Assembly: GCA_010909165.1 (NCBI GenBank)
Contig: MU008151.1
Location: forward strand, 62,001 to 126,000
Direction: 5' to 3'
DNA length: 64,000 bases
DNA from: Anthoceros angustus
Lineage: Eukaryota; Plantae; Anthocerotophyta
Shown here: piece by piece, positions 21,079 to 32,769 of the stretch
How the letters are laid out: every line of letters starts with the position of its first letter
How positions within the stretch are numbered: the first letter of the stretch is position 1
Position numbers and translations under genes: made by a program
The notes under the pieces: model-generated
What the model saw: only the letters and a program-made list of their open reading frames with translations
The model's database searches: none
Told to the model about the DNA's origin: nothing

Positions 21079-21878
21079 TCATTGCATTGCCTTAGTCAGG
21101 GTACAGACTCAGCAAAGGACAGTAGCTCAGAGTACATACATATGTACCTGCAAGCAGACTGGACTGGGCACAAGCAGACCGGCTGCGGAAAGAACAGTGT
21201 ATGAATTTTGACAGGTCTGTACATATGTAGTTCCAATGGACCAATGGCGCTAGAACCAAGTTGTACCCAGAAGCCTTTTTTTGTACCGAGGTGGCTCGTG
21301 CACCAGCTCCAGCTCGGCGCATCAGCATCACGCCCGATTCGCGCTGCGGCCTGGCTGGCCCATGCGTGATCAAGCGGATGAGCCTGGTTGGGCCGACGAG
21401 GGTCGATTGAGCCCGGGCCGACCAGGCCATCAGGTCCATCACGTGTCGGTTTGGGACACCAAACCCAACCTCGGAATACCACCCACGGGAGATTCTAGCA
21501 TGCAGAAGACAATTTTCGTAGGATGGCAAAAGGAAGCATGGGAGCTGCCATGGGTGCCGGTGCAGACATTCCCGCGGGATTTATTGGCTTAGAAGTCTAC
21601 CGTGATCTCAATGGCGTTTTGCGGTGTCGGAAGAACTTGTGGCGTAAGCGACTGTGCCTCCTCCTTCGCATGCACGAAGCTGTCTGTTGGTTCATCAGCT
21701 GTCTCCTTCTGGATGGTACCTCGCTGCCTGTGGTCGGTCGTAGCCCATTGTGGTGGAGGAAAGGAGAGTTCTGGGAATGCAGGCAAGATGAATTTTGCAG
21801 TAAATGCGAGTTTTGGTGGTGTGTCATGCCTGTAGAACATTTGTCAGCATTGGCCAGTGAGGATCCTCAGGTGCAGGG

Positions 21879-24800
21879 ATGGGGGGCAGTGTGGAAAGAA
21901 ATCTTTCGGGCAGGTTACAGGAGCCGGAGCCTGGGATTACCTTGGATGGTGGGCAGGGGGAAGTGTCAGTGCTGTATCCAAGTGACGGTGCAGCACAGAC
22001 ATCAGATCACTTGCCTGCAGATGGCGGTCTCACAAAGGAGGAAGGGAAAGAGAAGCCGAAGACCGGAAAGGCACAAGCCCTGCCTTTCCTTGGTCTCTTT
22101 GCATATGCAGATAACTTGGATTACGTCCTCATGTTCTTTGGCACAGTGTCTGCTATTGCTGTTGGGCTGTCTCAGCCTGCAATGACCCTTCTTTTGGGCT
22201 CGACGATCAACGCCTTTGGACAAAGTGCATCGAATTCTGTCATACATGAAGTTACCCAGGTTTGCATTATTAGATTGCTGGACACTGATTTAGATATTTT
22301 GAGAGCTTGGTGATTGTAATTATGCATGGTTTGAGTCAAGGTTGAATCTGATTGTTTTACTGTGGCCATGGCGCAGCTGGCACTGAAGTTCATCGCCATG
22401 GGCCTCGCTGTTGGGATGGCAGCTTACACCTGTTAGGCACATCTCTAACTAAATCATCAGTGCATGGTTAGCCATTTCGAGGGCAAGTGGATCTGAACCT
22501 GAGATCTGCTCTTTCTGAGCCTTGAGTGATTGTGGTGCAGAGGTGTCATTCTGGATAGCCACAGTGGAAAGGCAGTCTTCTTGGATCCGGGCCGCCTATC
22601 TAAGAGCTGTTATAAGACAAGATGTTGCGTTTTTTGACAAGGAAACTGCCACTGGGGAGGTTATACCCAGACTATCCGGGGATACCCTTCTTATTCAAGC
22701 AGCTATTGGTGAGCAGGTAATGCATTATGTAGCCTTTGCAAGCTTTCGTTCAAGCTTTACCAATGTCCTGTATTCACCAGCAACCTGCTTCGCCTTTGGT
22801 GATCAGGTTGGCAAATTCATTCAGTTCATGGCCATTTTTGTTGGGGGTTACGTGATTGCTTTCCCAGAGGGGTGGAAACTGGCTCTTGTGTCAGTTGTCA
22901 GTGTCTTCTTCCAGAGGCATGCCAAGGCCGGATCAGATGCATATATGGAAGCAGCAAAGGTTGTGGAACAAGTCCTTGGATCTATGCGAACTGTAAGTAT
23001 GAGTAGCTTTTGCAGCGTCAATGTAGGTGTGCCAGGAGTCATGTAATGGCTGCGAAGGTTTGGTGTTGATACTTGCAATGAGTGTAGCAATACAACGTTG
23101 TTACCTCTTACAAATCAGGTGGTATCCTTCAATGGTGAGAGAAAGGCTGTGCAAGATTATGACAAGGCACTGAAGAAGGGGTACAAGGTGTCTCGTGTCC
23201 AGTCCTTTCACAGTTCATGGGGCGTTTCGTCTATCTTTTTTGCTATATACTGCACCTATGCCTTAACTTTCTGGTATGGAGGGATACTTGTCGTTAAAGA
23301 GGGTTATTGGGGGGAACTACACTTACAGTCATCTTTTGATAATCATGGGAGGCTTGTAAGGCACCCAATCACCTTTCCACTGCTCAGCATTTGTCAGTGT
23401 GGGTTTCAGATGCTGGTTTGCCCCTACATCTCTTGTTCATGCCTTGCGTGGCTTTCTTGTTGCATTGCAGTGCGCTAGGTCAGGCCGCTCCAGCAGTGAA
23501 TTCGTTTCAACTTGGACAACAGGCAACCGTCAGAATGTTTGAGATTGTGAGAAGGATGCCTACTATTGACTCGTCGTCAGTTCATGGAGAAATTGTTCCT
23601 GAACTGAAAGGGGAAATCAAGTTTGACATAGTTCACTTTTGCTACCCCACCCGTCCTGGAATCCAAATTTTCTCCCACTTCTGTCTGTCCATCCCCTCTC
23701 GTAGCACAGCTGCCCTTGTTGGTGAGAGTGGGAGCCGCAAGTCGACAGTAGTAAGCTTGATAGAGCGCTTCTATGATCCACAAGCGGGATTGGTTTCACT
23801 GGATGAGTTAACATCAAGAGACTGAATGTAACTTGGCTGAGGCAGCATGTTGGGCTGGTGGGTCAAGAGCCCGTCCTTTTTGCAACTTCTCTAATGCGGA
23901 AAATATTGCATATGGTAAAGAAGGAGCAACAATGAAAGAGATACAGGCTGCAGCGGAACTTGCTAATGCTGCGGCCTTCATAGGAAGACTTCCTCTGGTA
24001 GTGTAGAGCAAATTCAACACCATTTTTCCCGAGAATTAGCATAAGAAAGGGGAGCTCACATGGACGTTGTCATTTCAGGGTTGTGAGACCCAGGTCGGTG
24101 AGCAGGGCATCCACTTGTCAGGTGGGCAGAAACAGAGGGTGGCTATTGCACGAGCGATATTGAAAAATTCAAAGATTCTTCTGCTTGATGAAGCAACTAG
24201 TGCTTTAGATTCAGGATCAGAGCGCGTGGTGCAGAAAGCTTGGGACTGGCTCATGAAGGATCTATTACAATATTATTACATGAAAGGAGCAACAATGAAA
24301 GAGATACAGGCTGCAGCTAATAATATGTAATACATATGTATTATTAGCTATTATTACATATTATTAGCTAATATTTTGCCTGACAACCTTGTCAAACATC
24401 AAACACCGGACTACTCGTGTAAGCTTCGTACGGGAGTTTCAAGCTAGAATTGAAGTGCCAAAGAGACATGGCATTCAGCAAGGCTTTGTTACTGGATTAG
24501 GCCTTGGCCTGGCACAGCTTGGCTTATTCAGCTCTTGAAGGCAAACAGAGGCATGATAGCTAACACCACCAACGTAAGCCACCAGTTTGCCAATAACCAA
24601 TGGGGGTTTCAGCTAGGGAAAGACGGGAAAACAACATACAACAAAGTGTTTCGGGTATGTACGTTATTCCGTATGATTCACACTATTTCGCCTACGTTCA
24701 CTGTTTCCCAACACGTCTCTCCGTTCTTTCTTAACTTCAGGCTGTTCTCTGGCGCTGCTTATGATCTCCAAAGCTGATTTGTCTTGCGGATGTAGGTTTT

Positions 24801-25430
24801 CCTAGCAGCGTCTCTGAGTGCTACGACCATCGCCTCTACTATAAGTTTGGCTCCAGATCTGGGCAAGGTTAAGTCCGCAGTCCATTTCATCTGCGGAATC
24901 TTGGATGAACGTTCCGAAATTGACCCAGAAAGCATGGAAGGAAAGGTTCTACAAACGGTTGAAGGAGCTCTTGAACTTCAGGACATTGTTTTCAGATATC
25001 CGTTGAGACCTGAAGTTGCAGTTTTCCAGAAGCTGTCTCTGATTGTGCCCGCGGGGAAGGTATAGCAGCAAGCAGCTGTTTGTCTAAGATACATGCATTA
25101 TACATGAATCACTAATCATTTGTCGTTTGTGCTGCCAACAGACAATGGCGCTTGTCGGTGAGAGTGGGTGTGGGAAGTCCACTGTGATAGCTGTGCTGGA
25201 GAGTTTCTATGACCCGGATTCCGGCGCGATCCTGCTTGACCACGTGAGCATCAAGGAACTGCAGATCCGTTGGTACCGGCAGCAGTTGGCATTCGTGAGC
25301 GAAGAGAAATGGTGAGAAATGGTTGCATTGCATAGCAAGGTCGACATGAGGATCTGATTGTGAAGCCCAACGGTGCGTATGCTGCCCTCGCGCAGCTCGG
25401 CAAGTCGAAGCCCAAGGCGTCACACAAATA
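21879..25430 (+). pseudogene. ABCB (MDR/P-glycoprotein) transporter pseudogene, paralog of 48078-53273
   Basis: Exon-by-exon similarity to copy 2. Lesions: ~33-nt deletion in TMD1, frameshifts near 23310 and 23800, Walker A GESGSRKS, ~1.5-kb deletion of linker/TMD2, ~385-bp deletion in NBD2. Confidence 0.92.
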
Positions 25431-25639
25431 TGTGAGGAGATGAGATTCGGTATTATGGCTTTGTTCCGGAGTGGGTATATCTCTCCGTTGGTTGTATACA
25501 AGGAAGGTCCTGAAGACAAAGAAGGGTTTGGAAACGATTGCGCTCTCTTCCTCCTCAATAGTATGGTGCATCAGGACATCCGGATGTGCATCAGGACATA
25601 TCCACCTATAAGGAGGTCCACAGAATCTCTTCAGAATGT

Positions 25640-25830
25640 GTGTCCAAATGGCCTAGGCCAAATGGACACACATTTATAAGAACGCCGTGATTAAGCATCC
25701 TGATGGGGTGCCTAAAGGGAATGGATGCCCTTGGTGCAAGTAGCTTAGGCAACCATGGTACAAGTTGTTAAGTACCAAGTCCCATGACGGAAATCCGTCC
25801 TTAGTGGACTTAAATAAAATTCTTCTTCTT
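25640..25830. repeat. direct repeat of the lectin upstream region (partner 26985-27185)
   Basis: ggccaaatggacac...gatggggtgcc...ggatgcccttggtgcaagtagct...gtaccaagtcccatga is present in both. Confidence 0.85.
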
Positions 25831-25959
25831 CTTCTTCTTCTTTCTCATCAGAATCTTCAGGGTATCCTCATCACTATCCGCTTCAACCATCAGGATACTT
25901 CGAGTTGTCCTTCTCATCAGAAGCATCAGGAGCATCCTTGGGATGTTGTCCTGAGGGGT

Positions 25960-26290
25960 GGTCGTCGACGGAGCTCCTAAGAACCTCATGCAAGCATGTC
26001 GAAGCTGTCACAATGTTGACCCCCTCGTGTGCGACATGCTTTCTTGATCGGGTGACATATTGATGTAGCAGGTTGAAGAGGATATTTCCATTTGCACAGC
26101 CAGCTAGAGTGCAGTAAGCACATCCACAGTGCTGTAAGCTTAGCCTACAACTGAAGCTTGCAACACTAGGTTGATGGGTGCTAATTGTACAGCTAGATTG
26201 CAGAGGAACGAGCCCAGCTTGAGCAGTCTATGGACCTTTTTCACAGCTGTGTAGATTCAAAGCTAGATCACATTTGAAGGGAACCATGCT
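25960..26290 (+). repeat. inverted copy of the degenerate coding-like segment at 27960-28270 / 45367-45700
   Basis: catgcaagcatgtc(g/c)aagc..., gtgctgtaagctta..., gtgtagattcaaagctagatcacat are shared in opposite orientation. Confidence 0.85.
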
Positions 26291-27277
26291 TACAAGAGAT
26301 GCTTGATGGTGTGGAGCTTTAAGGCCCATGGCCCTCATGATCAACGTGCCGTCAGTCCGTGGCAGTGGACATGTGCCAGATGGGTATTTGCTCATATAAA
26401 TCAGAGGTTCACATCACCATTGGGGATAACCATGAGATCGCATCCAAAACGAATTCCGGCAGTTTGGGAAGCCCACAAGGGAACGTGTTTGTCAGGAGGA
26501 ACACCTGCGTACAAAACAAGGTTGCATGAACCAGAGCTTCATCCTGCAACATTTTGCCATCAGCAAAACAAGCTTGACCAGCTACAGCAGAGAGCCAATG
26601 CGGCCACCAACGGAGGCAACATGAGCCGCCTGCTGCAACTCCGAGCCATGCAGAGCATAAGTTAGATCTGAAACTGAAGGACCTTGAAGAGTCTGTGTCC
26701 GGTGCGTCTATTCATACAATATCGATGTGATTTGGCTACCGATGTTCCCTAGACATGTGATCCGTCAAAACGAGGCTGACTGCCGCCCTCCCCACGAACC
26801 TTTGTCCCACCCTAGCCGCCACAGCTGGGACAAAAGACTGTCATCGGCCCATTCATCAGCAAATTTGTAGCTTTCAAGTTTCATAATCGTTGACCATTGT
26901 ATTGTCCGCGGAAAGTTTGGACGTTCGACGACGATTTGTGGCACACAAAAAAAACTCAGACAAATCATGCTTCAAATAGCTTTGGCCAAATGGACACGCA
27001 AAGACACACACATCTCTAACAACACCGTTGTTAAGCATCTTGCGCTTAGATCGGTACTGAGATGGGGTGCCCATTGGGAGTGGATGCCCTTGGTGCAAGT
27101 AGCTGAGGCACACCATGTGTCAAGTTGGTACCAAGTCCCATGAAAATTCCGTCCAAGTGGACTATAATATACTTCGTCTTTTTCTCTTCTGCACAAGCAC
27201 AAGCGCAACCACTTTAGTCATATCGTATTCTGATCCCCTGTTTTTCAGGGAATCAGCATTGACATTGCGTCTCCTTG

Positions 27278-27793
27278 ATGAAAGTCATGGAATTCAGTGC
27301 TGGAAGTCTTGTGCTCTTGATGGCTCGGAGTTGCATCACCAGGCAGCTCATGCTGCCTCTGGTGGCTCTGTGCGGTGCTGTAGCTGGCACAGATGCGTCT
27401 AGGATCTCGTGGTTGTTTCAGGGTGACACTATGCTTCAGGGAGACATTTTCAATCCAGACGACCCTACAGGAGCAACCGACTTGGTGTTACAGGAAGATT
27501 GCAACCTGGTGATCTACCCTCATGGTACCAATCAGGCGCACGCGCTGTGGGATACCGAAACTTCCAATAGGGCCGACAAGTGCTACCTCATCCTGCAGGA
27601 CGATTGCAACCTTGTCTTGTACGCAGGTGTTCCTGTTGATCAACGCTCTCCCTTGTGGGCTTCCGGAACTAACGGACTTCGTTCTCAATGCTATCTCTTG
27701 GTTCAGCCCAATGGTGATGTAATCCTCTATGATGCTGACGGAATTAGCATCTGGCACACAGACACGCCGTGGAGCGGTGCAGGTAGAACATGA
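27278..27793 (+). CDS. secreted bulb-type (GNA-related) mannose-binding lectin, single exon
   Basis: Hydrophobic signal LMLPLVALCGAVAG; QxDxNxVxY sites QEDCNLVIY and QDDCNLVLY, degenerate QPNGDVILY; LWxTxT/LWASGT strands. Confidence 0.9.
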   Translation: MKVMEFSAGSLVLLMARSCITRQLMLPLVALCGAVAGTDASRISWLFQGDTMLQGDIFNPDDPTGATDLVLQEDCNLVIYPHGTNQAHALWDTETSNRADKCYLILQDDCNLVLYAGVPVDQRSPLWASGTNGLRSQCYLLVQPNGDVILYDADGISIWHTDTPWSGAGRT

Positions 27794-27959
27794 GAGCCAG
27801 GCGCCTGTAAGCTTCATGACATCAAGGTTCTCTCAACTATCTCAAGAAGTGAAAACGAGAGAGGTTAACTGCAGCTGAGGTCCAAGTGTATGTATTGAGT
27901 GTGCAGTACGCACGCATGAGAAGTCTGTTCGGTTTACTTGCTGCTGGTGCATGCATGCG

Positions 27960-28440
27960 TTAGCTGTGAAGCATGGCCAGGTTCTTGTTCTTCATATGTG
28001 ATCTAGCTTTGAATCTACACGGTTGTGAAAGAAGTCCATAGCTTGGTCAAGGTGGGCTCGTTCCTTTGATTAGCTAGGTGTACAATCAGCACCCATCAGA
28101 TTAGTGTTGCAAGTTTCAGTTCTTGGCTTTAAGCTTACAGCACTCTGGATTTGCGTTAGCTTTGAATCATGGCCGGGTTGCAATCAAGGGAGCATGCCGA
28201 ACAGTAGGGGACCAACTTTGTGAGCGCTTGGACATGCTTGCATGAGTTTTTTAGAACTCCGTAGTCCAGCAACCCCTTGAGCCGATGACTATTGGGACGA
28301 GGCATCTGTTTAAGGGACTCGCATTCCTTGATTTGCCATGTATAGTCGGCATACATATTCTCAAATAAATTGTCACTCCTGAATTTGCATGAACCTGCCG
28401 TGCTGAGTGACATACACATCCTAATCCACTGCAACTATTA
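27960..28440 (-). pseudogene. degenerate coding-like remnant, possibly a diverged TRFL paralog; second copy at 45367-45830
   Basis: Clear similarity to 45367-45830. In that copy the segment is contiguous with TRFL-like sequence (45860-45950 resembles 19860-19930). Confidence 0.5.
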
Positions 28441-28501
28441 CTACTTGGATAATGGGACCACAATTGTGCAAAATGGGATCACAATTGTGACACGAAGAGT
28501 A

Positions 28502-28574
28502 TGGAGATGCGGGGTATCGATCCCCGTACCTCTCGCATGCTAAGCGAGCGCTCTACCATCTGAGCTACATCCCC
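28502..28574 (-). tRNA. trnA-AGC: tRNA-Ala (anticodon AGC)
   Basis: GGGGATGTAGCTCAGATGGTAGAGCGCTCGCTTAGCATGCGAGAGGTACGGGGATCGATACCCCGCATCTCCA, 73 nt, full cloverleaf. Confidence 0.97.
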
Positions 28575-28659
28575 AGCTGGCCAACTCTGTCCTGACTTAT
28601 TTAATATTATTAAATACAGCCCGCCCAGTCCCTCACTCATAACTCAATAGATTTCAACT

Positions 28660-28990
28660 TGGCAGCCAAATTCTTCTTCTTCTTCGAAGGGTCACTTAAC
28701 AAACGTCATCCGGAATTCCGTACACCATCATCCACTACCTCGACAATCCTGGTCAAGGCAGGGCTTCCGCACGTACTCCCAGATCCATTCCTTCTGCCGC
28801 AGGCCACTGAAACTGCTTTTGTGTCCTCCCTACAACCCATAAAAGCACTTTCTACAGCTGCCAATACTTACCACCTCCTTGCAGTGAAAACCCGTGGATA
28901 TAGCAACATCATTCCTCTGCAAATGAGGAAGTTCGATCGAAGTTCGATTCTCCGCGTCTCGGACAGCATCGATTCTACCGTCAGCCATGG
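28660..28990 (-). pseudogene. 5' fragment of a TRFL paralog (5' leader and start of exon 1)
   Basis: Matches 20160-20495 (tactcccagatccattcc..., gacagcatcgattctaccgtcagccat) with internal deletions. Confidence 0.85.
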
Positions 28991-30700
28991 CCTATTTGGC
29001 CTCTAACCTATTTGGCCTCTACATTGATGAATTGGAGTCCTGGATTGCGGAGTATGGGGATCCTGGTTGCATCCTTTCCTTGGTCTACATTGCTATTCGC
29101 TTGTACGCAGATGACATTGCCCTTCTCTCCCACTCTCCTGCGGGCCTCCAACGAATCGGACATATTGTCGCTGTCACAAGCAAGAGATTTGGAGGTCAAT
29201 CTCAAGAAGACTAAGGTCATGTTCTTTAACAGGCGGGATCTAGTGCAACACAATCTCAAGTTCTACTATAATGGTGAACTTGTCCAGGTAGTTCGATCTT
29301 ATGTCTACACTGGTGGAACTCATGGCCCGATACTTGGTGGAAGCTCTGCCTCATCGCATCATCAAGGGTGTGGCATCGGTGTGTGGGGTTCGAAGATAGT
29401 GCTCTCGGATGCACATCAAGGACATCCCCACTCGGCAATGGTTATTCAACACGATCGTCGTTCCTTGGCTATGTATGCGTGAGTTTTGGGGACCGTACCT
29501 CTCCCGACGATTGGTGCAAGGTGGAGGAGGTTCGACATCCTTTTTCGTCCCACATCGCGTGCAAGAGGTATGTTCCCTTCCCATTTTCCTTGCAGAGTTT
29601 GCCACATTCCCACTTGAACTGGATGGTCTATTTCGCCTAACTAACCTCTTCTATTGCCTTTGTTCATTGGAACAAGCTCATTCGGATCATGCTACCTCCC
29701 TCCCTCATACCTTCTTCTTGATCCTCCAAATTAGCGTCTGAAATATGACTTGCGGTATCGCAATCTTGCTCATAGCTTTAGTTAGATTATGTCCCAAGAG
29801 TCTTCCTGCCCATCCCTTTTCCAATTCTTGCCACCTCCTCCAAACAAGTCCATCTGCCTTGATTTGCAGACTATATACTTGTCCTGTACTTGGTCTCCTC
29901 TCTCTCCCTTATCCACTAGGCTTGATATGCAATGTTGGTCGGGTGATTTATTGATGTAGCACTTGGATGCGACCTCCAGCTAGGGCTGCCTTCACATACG
30001 GCCTGATGGGGGTCACATCGTTCTTCATGGAGCCCCAGGACTCCTCCGACGTATCATCATCTTCGACTTCAAGCAAGCTCCTCAGATCATCAAGGGTGTG
30101 GCATCGGTGTGGGGTTCAAGATAGTGCTCTCGGATGCACATCAAGGACATCCCCACTCGAATGGTTATTCAACACGATCGTCGTTCCTTCGGCTATGTAT
30201 GCAGCGGAGTTTTGGGGACCGTACCTCTCTCCCGACGATTGGTGCAAGGTGGAGGAGGTTCAGACATCCTTTTTTCGTCCCCACATCGCGTGCAAGAGGT
30301 ATGTTCCCTTCCCATTTTCCTTGCAGAGTTTGCCACATTCCCACTTGAACTGGATGGTCTATTTCGCCTAACTAACCTCTTCTATTGCCTTTGTTCATTG
30401 GAACAAGCTCATTCGGATCATGCTACCTCCCCTCCCTCATACCTTCTTCTTGCTCTTCAGTCCTCCCGGAAATTAGCCGTCTCGGGAAATATGACTTGCC
30501 GGTATGCGCAATCTTGCTCATAGCTTTAGTTAGATTATGTCCCAAGAGTCTTCCTGCCCATCCCTTTTCCAATTCTTGCCACCTCCTCCAAACAAGTCCA
30601 TCTGCCTTGATTTGCAGACTATATACTTGTCCTGTACTTGGTCTCCTCTCTCTCCCTTATCCACTAGGCTTGATATGCAATGTTGGTCGGGTGATTTATT
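28990..30700 (+). mobile_element. 5'-truncated non-LTR retrotransposon (LINE) RT fragment with a tandemly duplicated 3' part
   Basis: LFGLYIDEL...RLYADDIALLS; LEVNLKKTKVM; LFNTIVVPSAMYAAEFWG. The ~735-bp unit 29340-30072 is repeated at 30074-30819. Confidence 0.88.
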
Positions 30701-31329
30701 GATGTAGCACTTGGATGCGACCTCCAGCTAGGGCTGCCTTCACATACGGCCTGATGGGGGTCACATCGTTCTTCATGGAGCCCCAGGACTCCTCCGACGT
30801 ATCATCATCTTCGACTTCAAAATTATCATATCCTGGGTATTCTGAAGACACGGCTCCTGAGTCTTCACTTGTTGGATTTCCGCCTTTGGAATGAGTGGGA
30901 GACACATGCCGACCAGGATTATCTGCATCAACATCGCAAATTAGCGTTATGCAATAATGCATTTAATGCCATTTATTTTAGGCTTATTTACTTACCAGCC
31001 TTTTCGACATCTTCGATCTCTTTCATCACCACTTCGACGTTCTCTATATGAGCTTTTACTGCTATCAAGTCCTCCTCTTCATCGACTATATCTTCACATT
31101 TGTTAGCAGCTTTGGCACATATTTGAAGAAACTCCACACTAAAATTCGGATCGTCCATGGAATGACCAGGACCCGATAGCGGGATTCTATCTCCCCGTGC
31201 TAATGCATCCCGATACCAACGGATGCGAGCATGGGCAGCATGCCGGCTTAAGGCATCTTTTTCATAACGCGCAGCAAGCCGTCGTCTCCTTGCCACGCGC
31301 AGTGCCCGATCTGATGTTTTTCGGGCCAT
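30696..31329 (-). CDS. orphan two-exon gene (~187 aa): basic N-terminus, acidic/coiled-coil middle
   Basis: Exon 31329-30996, 73-nt GTAAG...CAG intron (30995-30923) and exon 30922-30696 splice in frame (EKA-D-NPG); GC-rich upstream region. No family recognised. Confidence 0.55.
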
Positions 31330-32039
31330 CACACACCAAATAGCGGAGCGGGTGGCGGGAGGTCTCCCTCCACTTGCCCGCAGGGCAGCAATCTTCAAAA
31401 CAACAGCAGTGCGGCATCAATCAAGATCTAGCGGGCGACAACAGCGACAAATGCGCCCAGCCAGCAACATAAGGAAGCAGCAGCCAACCCGTGGGAGCCG
31501 CGGCAGCGGAGCACGAGGCAAGGCAGGCCACCCTGCCCGCGGAGCGCGGAGATGGTCACCGGGAGCGTCGTGAGGAGCGCGGAGTACGGGCCGATGAGCA
31601 CGGAGCCCAACTCCACGGGGAGCGCGCCGAAAGTGACGTGTTCTCCCCGTGGGGAGCACGGCTCATGGCCCGCGGCAGGGGCGGCCGGCCAACGGCTGTA
31701 CCGGCCCCTCGCACCCACCAATGGGGTGGCAGGGGACGGTTGGGAACGGATAAGCCCGGCAGCTTCTCCGATTTTTATTCATCAAAACATATAGGTTCCC
31801 CATCCCGGTACTGATCCGAGGCCTGGGGCGCTTAACTCCAAAGTTTTGATGGAGCTATGTGTACCAGCCCCGTTGGACCACTCCAAAAAAAACTCCGCAA
31901 AGGTTTTGTACATTATCTTCACTTTTTAGCTTTAGTTTATGGTTTTAAACTAATAGCTTTAGATTAAGTGGGAGTCTTTTGACGTTTTAGACCTCATTTT
32001 AAAGCTAGAGTTCACCCCTACATTCATAGTGAGTAGGAG

Positions 32040-32241
32040 TGATGAAATATATCTAGTTTAGGGCACTATTCATTAGGGCCACATCACTTAAACATTATTG
32101 TATCATCTAGAGCATTAGGTAGTTATCTATTTAGTTGCTCTAGGTAGTTAGTTGTTAGTAGTTACAACAACTTGGTGGTTACAACAACATATTGTTATAA
32201 CCACCTAACCACCTAACCACCTAACCACCTCAACCACTTAG
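32040..32241 (+). mobile_element. partial LTR of the Copia element (LTR-A), inverted relative to the element body, preceded by a PPT-like tract
   Basis: Reverse complement of 45366-45170 (TGATGAAATATATCTAG...CCACTTAG); purine-rich agtgagtaggag directly 5'. Confidence 0.9.
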
Positions 32242-32330
32242 GGTTGAGGTGGTCTCAACCACTTAGGGTTGAGGTGGTCTCAACCACTTAGGGTTGAGAC
32301 CACCTCAACCACTTAAGGGTTGAGGTGGTG
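32225..32330. repeat. four iterated hairpins (ACCAC)CTCAACC-ACTTAG-GGTTGAG(GTGGT)
   Basis: Read directly; up to 12-bp stem accacctcaacc/ggttgaggtggt. Confidence 0.9.
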
Positions 32331-32342
32331 TACCATTGCCGG

Positions 32343-32769
32343 GCTCTGATACCATGATGAAAAAAGTGAGTAGGAATATAGGTAGGGGTACCTATATGTA
32401 GGCTAAAAAGCTAGCATTTTTCCTAATCTAAAAGAAAATCTACTTCTATTCCAGATGCAGACAAATGTGTAGGCACAAGCCATGTGAGGTTTGCTGTGTC
32501 CCACTACAAGCCACTCAAGAGAAAGCAAGTACAAAAAGGAAAATACCAAATTCCTACCTACCAGTGGGAACTTGTTTAAGGCTACCTACTTGGTACTTCC
32601 TGGAGGAAAGGATGACCATGAGATCCCCATGGAATACATATGTGACAAGAAAGGGATAAAAATGATGTGGTTAGGTGCATCTCCATGTGAAGAATATGAA
32701 GGACATACAAAACACCTTTATAGTGAGTGACCTAACTACTTAATTAATATTGTTACATTATTTTCATCA
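32343..32769 (-). mobile_element. second, unrelated LTR (LTR-B, 415 bp) with tRNA-iMet PBS
   Basis: Termini TGATGAAA...TTTTCATCA; TGGTATCAGAGC at 32354-32343 on the minus strand; interior is dissimilar to LTR-A. Confidence 0.8.

Noticed and set aside
32225-32330. TTAGGGTT within the hairpins as telomerase healing
   Set aside because: The sequence is fully explained as a fold-back of the LTR's own ccacctcaaccacttag; there are no TTTAGGG tandem repeats.
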